A stretch of 64,000 nucleotides of DNA from an uncultured Rhodothermales bacterium (GTDB lineage: Bacteria; Bacteroidota; Rhodothermia; Rhodothermales; UBA10348), in contig CAYLHF010000003.1 of NCBI GenBank assembly GCA_964383365.1, forward strand, positions 64,251 to 128,250, given 5' to 3'. The notes under the pieces were generated by a model that was not told the DNA's origin, made no database searches, and saw only the letters and a program-made list of their open reading frames with translations. This document shows, one piece after another, positions 37,730 to 45,390 of the stretch. The position numbers were made by a program, and so were the translations under genes. Every line of letters starts with the position of its first letter. The first letter of the stretch is position 1.

Positions 37730-39724
37730 ATGCGTACAGACACTGAAAGGGACGTAGAGGCCCTGTTTCGGGCGCTCCTCCTACCTCGGGTGATCGAAGA
37801 AAAAATGCTTCGGTTGATCAGACAGGGACGAATTCCGAAATGGTTTTCAGGATTCGGTCAGGAAGCGATAGCTGTAGGCGTGGTGACGGCACTCAAGCCA
37901 GACGACTACATCCTTCCGATGCATCGAAATCTCGGTGTTTGGACGACACGAGGGGTCGATCTGAAGCGACTTTTCTGCCAGATGATGGGGCGCGAAGGTG
38001 GGTTCACAAAAGGCCGCGACCGGACCTTTCATTTCGGCCTTCCAGAGAGCCATTTGATCGGAATGATTTCGCAACTGGCGGCCATGCTTCCTGTGGCTGA
38101 TGGTCTGGGTCTGGCCTCTCAGGTTACCGGGACCGGACAAGTTGCAGCCGCATTTATAGGTGATGGTGCTACTCGCGAGGGTGATTTTCACGAAGCCTTG
38201 AGTCTGGCCGGAATCTGGAAGTTGCCGGTTCTATTCATTGTCGAAAACAATGGATACGGTCTCAGTACGCCGACTGACCGGGCGATTCCGGTAGAAAACA
38301 TTGCTGATGCTGCGGCCGGGTACGGAATCGACTCGTTGATCGTTGACGGTAATGACCTCTTTGCGGTCATAGAGGCGGTAGAAGGGGCAGCTAGAAGAGC
38401 ACGTGATGGTGCCGGTGCCACACTACTCGAAATGAAAACATTCCGGATGCGCGGGCATGAAGAGGCATCGGGAACGAAATATGTTCCGGCAGATCTTCTG
38501 ACAGAATGGGCACGTAAGGATCCCATCGAGGGATTCCTGGCTCATGTAGCGGATGATCTCGGAGAAGAAACACAGGAATCGATTCGAACCGAACTGGTCG
38601 GTCAGATCAATGAAATCGCGGAGTGGGCCCTCAAACAACCTGACGTGACCAGTACCTCGGAAAAGGAGATTGGCGATCTGTATGCCGAACTGACGCTACC
38701 GGACGCGAAGTCAGGAGCTACCGGTGCAACGCCTGAACGAGATCTCGATGGCAAGGAACAGCGGTTTATCGATGCCATCTCAGGCGGTCTGCTCGATGCA
38801 ATGTCTGCAGATGAATCCGTCATTCTTCTGGGACAGGACATTGCAGAGTACGGTGGTGTATTCAAGGTGAGCGCCGGACTGCTGGATCGATTCGGTCCGG
38901 AGAGGGTCAGGAATACTCCCATCATCGAAAGTGGCGCCGTCGGTACGGCGATGGGGATGGCGCTTGCCGGTCTGAAACCGGTGCTCGAAATACAGTATGC
39001 GGACTTTATATCGTGCGGATTCAATCAGATCGTGAACAATCTATCGACTACGCATTATCGCTGGAATGCCGCGGTAAATGTGACTATCCGGGCTCCGTTT
39101 GGCGGGGGAATCGGTGCAGGTCCGTTTCATTCACAGTCTGTGGAGTCCTGGTTCTGCCATGTGCCCGGACTCAAAGTGGTCGTCCCATCTTCTCCGCAGG
39201 ACGCGCGAACCCTACTGATGGCTTCCATACGCGATCCCAATCCGGTTCTTTTCCTGGAACACAAGCAGTTGTATCGATCCCTCACAGGTATGGTGACCGA
39301 GGCATATCCCGTGGAACGACTGGGACGGGCACAGGTTGTTCGGGACGGAACGGATTTAACCATCGTTACATATGGCGTCGGTGTACATTGGGCTACAGAG
39401 GAGGCGCAACGTGTTGCGGGTGCCGGAAAATCCATCGAGATTGTCGATCTCAGAACGCTCATTCCGTGGGACACCGAAACGGTCCTGTCGTCCATTCGAA
39501 AAACGAATCGGGTCATCGTCGTGCATGAGGCTTCGGTTATTGGCGGATTCGGTGGAGAGATTGCGTCTCGCATCTCCGAGGACGTATTTGAATATCTGGA
39601 CGCTCCTCCGGTGCGGATTGGCGCTGAGCATCTTCCGATCCCCTTCTCGAGACAGTTGGAGAGTGAAATTTATTCCGGACGGTCCAGGCTGGCGGCTGCC
39701 GTCGATCAATTGCTGGCATATTAA
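37730..39724 (+). CDS. fused 2-oxoacid dehydrogenase E1 component (alpha + beta subunits in one polypeptide)
   Basis: The N-terminal half carries the TPP motif GDGATREGDFHEALSLAGIWKLPVLFIVENNGYG. The C-terminal half is E1-beta/transketolase-like (NTPIIESGAVGTAMGMALAGLKP). TTG 37697 opens the ORF; ATG 37730 is used. Confidence 0.85.
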   Translation: MRTDTERDVEALFRALLLPRVIEEKMLRLIRQGRIPKWFSGFGQEAIAVGVVTALKPDDYILPMHRNLGVWTTRGVDLKRLFCQMMGREGGFTKGRDRTFHFGLPESHLIGMISQLAAMLPVADGLGLASQVTGTGQVAAAFIGDGATREGDFHEALSLAGIWKLPVLFIVENNGYGLSTPTDRAIPVENIADAAAGYGIDSLIVDGNDLFAVIEAVEGAARRARDGAGATLLEMKTFRMRGHEEASGTKYVPADLLTEWARKDPIEGFLAHVADDLGEETQESIRTELVGQINEIAEWALKQPDVTSTSEKEIGDLYAELTLPDAKSGATGATPERDLDGKEQRFIDAISGGLLDAMSADESVILLGQDIAEYGGVFKVSAGLLDRFGPERVRNTPIIESGAVGTAMGMALAGLKPVLEIQYADFISCGFNQIVNNLSTTHYRWNAAVNVTIRAPFGGGIGAGPFHSQSVESWFCHVPGLKVVVPSSPQDARTLLMASIRDPNPVLFLEHKQLYRSLTGMVTEAYPVERLGRAQVVRDGTDLTIVTYGVGVHWATEEAQRVAGAGKSIEIVDLRTLIPWDTETVLSSIRKTNRVIVVHEASVIGGFGGEIASRISEDVFEYLDAPPVRIGAEHLPIPFSRQLESEIYSGRSRLAAAVDQLLAY

Positions 39725-39757
39725 CAGGCCCCGGTACGAAATAACTCACGATTTCTG

Positions 39758-41269
39758 ATGTCAGCGAAATTTGAAGCCGTAATTGGACTCGAAGTCCACT
39801 GTCAATTGAGTACGCGGTCAAAAGCGTTCAGTCCAGACTCTTCCTCTTTTGGAGGTGCTCCAAACACCCACGTCGATCCGATCAGTATCGGTCATCCCGG
39901 CACCTTGCCGGTCTTCAATGAACGGGCAGTGACGTACACAGTGCAGATGGGGCTGGCAACCCATTGTACGATCGCCCCGCGTTCTGTCTTCGAGAGAAAA
40001 CATTATTTCTATCCGGACCTGCCCAAAGGATATCAGATATCCCAGTACGAATCGCCCATTTGTACAGACGGATATATTGACCTGCCGATAGAGCGGAAAC
40101 AAGCCTCGGATCGGCCAGATTCCGCCGAAGTACCGGTCGGTCGTCGGATCGCCATCAATCGGATTCACATGGAGGAAGATGCGGGAAAATCGATCCACAC
40201 CCGCGACACCACCCATACGCTTCTCGACTATAACCGATGCGGCGTTCCTCTTATCGAGATTGTCTCGGAACCCGTCCTTAAATCGTCCAGAGAAGCGTAT
40301 TTGTATCTGAGAAAAATGCGTCAACTGGTTCGTTATCTCGGAATCAGTGACGGTAATATGGAGGAGGGTTCTCTCCGTTGTGACGCCAATGTCTCCATTC
40401 GTCCGGCGGGTTCTACCGATCTCGAGACAAAGACGGAGATCAAGAATCTGAATTCGTTTCGGAATGTCGAGCGGGCTATAGATTCGGAAATCGGACGCCA
40501 AATACGACTCAGACAGCAGGGCAAGCCGATCGAAGGCGAGACACGACTCTGGGATGATGCTGACGAAAAGACGCGTCCAATGAGGTCAAAAGAGGAAGCC
40601 CATGACTACCGATATTTTCCCGATCCGGACCTGCCGGCAGTTTTGGTAAGTAAAGAAATGCTTCGATTGATTTCGAATCAAATGCCGGAGCTTCCGGACG
40701 TCAGATTGCATCGATATGTTGAAGACTGGAACTTGCCCATTAAAGATGGCCTCGTTCTTACCGAAGAGATTGGGATCGCTAATTATTTTGAACAGACCGT
40801 CGAATGTGCATCTGACCGGACCGATCAGACCTCTCACGGCGTCGTCGCAAAAGAGGTGGCGAACGTGATGATGACACAGGTGTTGCGGGTTCTCAACGAG
40901 ACCGGTACAACTGTTTCAGAGTTCTCGATATCGCCGGATCGTCTGGCGGGACTGATTGAACTTAGGCTCGGCGACCGGGTAAGCTCGACGGGCATCAGGA
41001 CCATCTTTGATCTCATGCTTGAGGATAAGGCTGAGGCCGAACAGATTGCTCTTGACAATAATCTGATTCAGGTATCAGATGCGGCTGAACTTATTCCCGT
41101 CATTGAATCGATCCTGGCAGACCATCCAGGTCCCGTGAGTCAATATCGATCCGGGAAGACGGGAGTAATCGGCTTTCTTATCGGCCAGGTGATGCGGACC
41201 TTCCCGGGTGCTGCCGACCCAACGCTGGTAAGAACACTTTTAACGGAACACTTGGGAAACGAGGACTGA
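39758..41269 (+). CDS. gatB: Asp-tRNA(Asn)/Glu-tRNA(Gln) amidotransferase subunit B
   Basis: FEAVIGLEVHCQLSTRSKAFS, KHYFYPDLPKGYQISQ and NRCGVPLIEIVSEP, plus a C-terminal YqeY-like tail. 503 aa. Confidence 0.95.
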   Translation: MSAKFEAVIGLEVHCQLSTRSKAFSPDSSSFGGAPNTHVDPISIGHPGTLPVFNERAVTYTVQMGLATHCTIAPRSVFERKHYFYPDLPKGYQISQYESPICTDGYIDLPIERKQASDRPDSAEVPVGRRIAINRIHMEEDAGKSIHTRDTTHTLLDYNRCGVPLIEIVSEPVLKSSREAYLYLRKMRQLVRYLGISDGNMEEGSLRCDANVSIRPAGSTDLETKTEIKNLNSFRNVERAIDSEIGRQIRLRQQGKPIEGETRLWDDADEKTRPMRSKEEAHDYRYFPDPDLPAVLVSKEMLRLISNQMPELPDVRLHRYVEDWNLPIKDGLVLTEEIGIANYFEQTVECASDRTDQTSHGVVAKEVANVMMTQVLRVLNETGTTVSEFSISPDRLAGLIELRLGDRVSSTGIRTIFDLMLEDKAEAEQIALDNNLIQVSDAAELIPVIESILADHPGPVSQYRSGKTGVIGFLIGQVMRTFPGAADPTLVRTLLTEHLGNED

Positions 41270-41342
41270 TACGGCACACGTTGTGAACAGAACCAACTCA
41301 GACCAGGCGCCCACCCGAGAGACACACAACCGAACAGAACGA

Positions 41343-42740
41343 ATGATAGCGACAACTCAATTGCGCTCCCGTTTACTGACATCCGCATTCCTCCTGATGG
41401 CGATTATGAGTGCGGTTGGATGTGGTCAATCTCATGACCAGGCCATCAACGGTTTCGCATCCGGAGATTTAATTATCAGGACACAGGCTGATTCAACGCA
41501 TGATTTCAGTGGATTCGAAGTGCTTGTAGCTGGAAGTGTTGCAGGTGATATAGATACGCTCGGGATTGCACACACCGATGTTGAGGGCCATTTTGAAATG
41601 GATCTCCGGGCGCCTGTCGCCGGGGTGTATCCGCTTCTTGTGAGCAGGGCTGGAACACGTATGGCCGTCGATGAGATCATGGTCGTTGAGGGAGATTCGG
41701 CCAGGATCTCGGGTCGTTTTCCTCTGGGTGCGCGGAAATTGAGGATCATATCCCCTGAGAATGGTGCCTGGAATGCATATAAGAATGCGAAATCCTTTTA
41801 TAACAAGGAGCTTGTCGCGATGCTGGAGAAAAGTGGATACTCCGATGCCGATATGAAGCGCCTCGTTATGCAGAGCAGTACCATTTTGTGGAGCCTCAGA
41901 GATAGCTATCCGAACGCGATAGGCACGCAAATCGCCCTGGTAGAATCCGTTGCCATGTTGGGCGAGTGGAACGATTCGCTCGCGGTGAAACGGGCCGGAG
42001 AGATTGACGTGAATAACCCGAATATAGCACGGGCAGTCCGAGCCGCCCGGCGATCTGTTGCTCGACTGTCCGGACAGGACTCGTCGATTTCTTTCATTAG
42101 ACGCTATATCGACCTTGTCTCGGACTCGAATCGACAGGCGGAGTTGGAGGCTGAACTGGTCATTGCCCATACGGACAGTCTGGAAAGTGAAGAGGCGCTG
42201 GAGGCGGCCCTGGATCTGCGGCGTAATCATGCCGGATCGAAGTGGGCTGAGTGGGCTGCAACAGCGACATATGAGTTGGAAAATCTCATGCCTGGAATGT
42301 CAGCTCCCCCGTTCAGGGTAGTCAGCAGGAACAACCGGGTCCTGAACCTGGAACATTACAAGGGCAGATTTTTGATTCTGGAATTCTATGAACCCGGAAA
42401 CGACGTATTCCAGAGAGAGATTGAGACTCGAAATCTGCTGATTTCTGCACTCGATGAACGCCTTTTCGAAACATTGTCGGTCTCCGTCGAACCCGATTCG
42501 GTTGTAAACGAGGCGCTTTTTGATGCGTCTGCTCCGACAGGAACATTTGTGTTCTCTGAGGGAGGGTTTGATTCAACCATAGCTGACGCATACAATATCA
42601 ATGTCACTCCAACGCGTTTTCTGATCGGACCCGACGGAAAAATAATCTCCAAATATTCGGGTCCGGCCATGGGAGCGTTGGAGCGGGATCTGGTGGGCAT
42701 TGTCACCGAGATCAACCGTAAGGCTGTACGTTCAAAATAG
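41343..42740 (+). CDS. TlpA/AhpC-like thioredoxin-fold lipoprotein lacking the CxxC motif
   Basis: Lipobox LMAIMSAVGCG. The C-terminal thioredoxin-like segment GRFLILEFYEPGNDVFQREIE sits where WCxxC is expected, followed by NINVTPTRFLIGPDGKII. GTG 41283 opens the ORF; ATG 41343 is used. Confidence 0.6.
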   Translation: MIATTQLRSRLLTSAFLLMAIMSAVGCGQSHDQAINGFASGDLIIRTQADSTHDFSGFEVLVAGSVAGDIDTLGIAHTDVEGHFEMDLRAPVAGVYPLLVSRAGTRMAVDEIMVVEGDSARISGRFPLGARKLRIISPENGAWNAYKNAKSFYNKELVAMLEKSGYSDADMKRLVMQSSTILWSLRDSYPNAIGTQIALVESVAMLGEWNDSLAVKRAGEIDVNNPNIARAVRAARRSVARLSGQDSSISFIRRYIDLVSDSNRQAELEAELVIAHTDSLESEEALEAALDLRRNHAGSKWAEWAATATYELENLMPGMSAPPFRVVSRNNRVLNLEHYKGRFLILEFYEPGNDVFQREIETRNLLISALDERLFETLSVSVEPDSVVNEALFDASAPTGTFVFSEGGFDSTIADAYNINVTPTRFLIGPDGKIISKYSGPAMGALERDLVGIVTEINRKAVRSK

Positions 42741-42787
42741 GACGGGAACGCTGTCCGTAAACAAAATCAGAGGTTGAAAACGCCGTT

Positions 42788-43549
42788 ATGCTGATAGCCG
42801 GTAATTGGAAAATGAACACGGACCTGGTCTCGGCCAGGCAGTTGGCAGGCGCGGTTCGTGTTGCGGTCGGAGACCCCGGCGAGATTAATGTCGCCGTGTG
42901 TCCTCCGTTTGTGAGTCTGGACGGCGTATTTGGGACACTGCACGGTTCTGGCATCAGACTCGGAGCCCAGACCATGCACGCAGCAGATTCGGGTGCATTC
43001 ACGGGTGAGATCTCGGCACCGATGTTGAGTTCACTTGGTTGCTACTACGTGATCCTGGGACACTCGGAAAGACGACAGTATTTCGGTGAGACTGACGAAT
43101 CCGTAAACGGGAAAGTAAAAAAAGCACTCTCGCACCGACTCGTACCGATCGTCTGTGTCGGTGAGACATTGAATGAACGCGATGGAGACATTGCGACGGA
43201 CGTGGTCAAGCGTCAGGTGGTCGGTGGTCTCGCAGATGTCGAGATCGCGGATGCGAGTAAACTAGTTGTTGCGTATGAGCCGATCTGGGCTATCGGTACC
43301 GGACGAACGGCCTCGCCCGGACAGGCTCAGGAGATGCATGCTGTCATTCGCGGATTGCTCGGAGACCGATTCGGATCGGACATTGGTTCGGAAATAGAGA
43401 TTCTCTACGGTGGGAGCATGAAACCCGGCAACGCGGAAGAATTACTGCGCCAGGAAGACGTAAACGGCGGGTTGATAGGAGGTGCGAGCCTGAAAGCCGA
43501 TGACTTTGGAAACATCGTAGATGCTGCCAGGGCTGTTCTGAGGGGCTGA
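42788..43549 (+). CDS. tpiA: triosephosphate isomerase
   Basis: MLIAGNWKMN, GHSERRQYF and AYEPIWAIGTG. Confidence 0.95.
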   Translation: MLIAGNWKMNTDLVSARQLAGAVRVAVGDPGEINVAVCPPFVSLDGVFGTLHGSGIRLGAQTMHAADSGAFTGEISAPMLSSLGCYYVILGHSERRQYFGETDESVNGKVKKALSHRLVPIVCVGETLNERDGDIATDVVKRQVVGGLADVEIADASKLVVAYEPIWAIGTGRTASPGQAQEMHAVIRGLLGDRFGSDIGSEIEILYGGSMKPGNAEELLRQEDVNGGLIGGASLKADDFGNIVDAARAVLRG

Positions 43550-43551
43550 TA

Positions 43552-44940
43552 ATGGGTTCGCGGGTACGATCTTGTCTTATCATCTTCGGACTCTGTACGC
43601 TGCTTCCTGCATGCTCGACATCATTTCGATCCTCGCGACCCTACGCCGGACTGGAGCGATTTTTCGAACCGGGAAATCCCCGTTTTGATGTACAGGTTCA
43701 TCCCTCGATAGAGAACGGAGTGCGGGGTCTGCGTATCGACGTATCCGTCCCGGAACTCACGCTTGTCTTCAGAAGATCAGGCCCCGTGCTGCAGGCCGGC
43801 ATGGAGTGGCTTATTCGTGTACTGGACGGGACCACAGAACGTGTTCTCGACGAGACGACACGCCGAATGACGTTGTCGCGACGTCCCGACCAGACACCGT
43901 CTCTGTTCAGGGCGGGATCACAAAGTTCATTCTTTCAGATGCCTCCCGGAAAGTACACGATCGAAGTGGTTCTCGAAGACCTCGCGTCCGCAAAACTGGA
44001 GCGGAAAGTTCTCTACACAGAAATTCCTGCCCAGGCTGAACCGCTCTCTGTAACGGACCTTCTTATAGAAAATGCCTCTGGTGGTCCACTCATCGGTCTT
44101 CAGATTGCAGAGGATACGACGGCACTGAACGGGTATTTCTATCTGACCGGAAACGTATCGAGAGCGGTAAACATGAGGTCCCGGCTGCTGCAACTGGCCG
44201 TAGACTCTTCAGCTGCACGGCCCCCGTTCTGGAACGGTCCCGACGTTCGGGGTCGAATTCGTAATCCCGTTATCGTATTGGATACCCTGCTGACATCCAG
44301 GAAACCGCTACGACGGGGCCCGATTCATCGAGTTAACATTCCGCTGGTACCCCTCGCGCAAGGTCTTTATCGGCTCGAAGTGGATCTGGATGATACACTG
44401 ATGGAGGGCGTTCCGACGACGCGTACACTCACCCGGTACATCGTCGTTCGAGCACAGACGTTCCCCCGGGTTACGTCCTACCGGGCGATGATTCCTCCCA
44501 TGGAATACCTCGCCAGATCGGATGAATGGGATCACCTTCGGCGCTCCATCGGGACGGAGAGCGAGCGTCAGCGATTCGATACATTTTGGGGACGGCAGAT
44601 GCGCGACCGGAGTCTGGCCTCGAACGTAGTGAGCACCTTTTATAATCGCGTGGAAGAGGCCAATCTCAGATACTCTGACACGCGGGAAGGGTGGAAGACC
44701 GATCGTGGAATGGTGTATATCCTGATGGGAGAGCCTCTATTCGTGGAGCAGACACTGGAGGCAGAAACGTGGTTTTATACGTATGATGAGGGACGTGTTG
44801 AGCGCACGTTTCGTTTCTTTAAGACGGCGAGGTCGGAATTACCCGACATACTTCAGACCTTCACGCTGGAACGATCCTTCGATTACGAACCGTTCTGGAC
44901 CCACCTGGTCGAACGGTGGAGAAAAGGAGAGGTATTCTAG
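43552..44940 (+). CDS. GWxTD domain-containing lipoprotein
   Basis: Lipobox LLPACST and the C-terminal motif EGWKTDRGMVYILMGEP (GWxTD). It starts 2 nt after the tpiA stop codon. Confidence 0.8.
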   Translation: MGSRVRSCLIIFGLCTLLPACSTSFRSSRPYAGLERFFEPGNPRFDVQVHPSIENGVRGLRIDVSVPELTLVFRRSGPVLQAGMEWLIRVLDGTTERVLDETTRRMTLSRRPDQTPSLFRAGSQSSFFQMPPGKYTIEVVLEDLASAKLERKVLYTEIPAQAEPLSVTDLLIENASGGPLIGLQIAEDTTALNGYFYLTGNVSRAVNMRSRLLQLAVDSSAARPPFWNGPDVRGRIRNPVIVLDTLLTSRKPLRRGPIHRVNIPLVPLAQGLYRLEVDLDDTLMEGVPTTRTLTRYIVVRAQTFPRVTSYRAMIPPMEYLARSDEWDHLRRSIGTESERQRFDTFWGRQMRDRSLASNVVSTFYNRVEEANLRYSDTREGWKTDRGMVYILMGEPLFVEQTLEAETWFYTYDEGRVERTFRFFKTARSELPDILQTFTLERSFDYEPFWTHLVERWRKGEVF

Positions 44941-44946
44941 CTGGCG

Positions 44947-45246
44947 TCAATCGGAAGTCGAAGAGTCAGTAGTTTTGGCTTTTGGCGTGTCCGATTCGGT
45001 TGATTTCTTCTTGGCCGAATCCGTGTCGGCAGGTTTTGCGGGCGAAACCGCCGTATCCGTTTTCCCATTGCGCGCATAATCGGTGGCGTAAAATCCACTT
45101 CCCTTGAATACCAAACCGGCACCACCACTGATTAGCCTGGTTACCGGTTGCCCCGTGGTGGGACAGACCGTCAGACGGGCGTCGGTAATTCTCTGTTCAA
45201 TTTCAAACGTAGATCCATCGTCACGTTTGTAGAGGTACGTCGGCAT
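44947..45246 (-). CDS. FmdB-family (zinc-ribbon-like) small protein, cysteine-depleted variant
   Basis: MPTYLYKRDDGSTFEIEQRITDARLTVCPTTGQPVTRLIS matches the FmdB MPxYEY..F....CP.CG..v.R layout. It is followed by a low-complexity K/D/T/S tail. Confidence 0.55.
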   Translation of the reverse strand: MPTYLYKRDDGSTFEIEQRITDARLTVCPTTGQPVTRLISGGAGLVFKGSGFYATDYARNGKTDTAVSPAKPADTDSAKKKSTESDTPKAKTTDSSTSD

Positions 45247-45390
45247 GATTGCTGCGTGCGTATGATCATTTTTTCTGAACCGATCCTTGAAAGGGAGATG
45301 TCTCGAACGGTTCCAGAATCACGAATATTTCAGATTGAGTTTCCGGGCGATTCAGCCGCTGAGCACGTGGTGGGCATCGGCGGGGACCAG

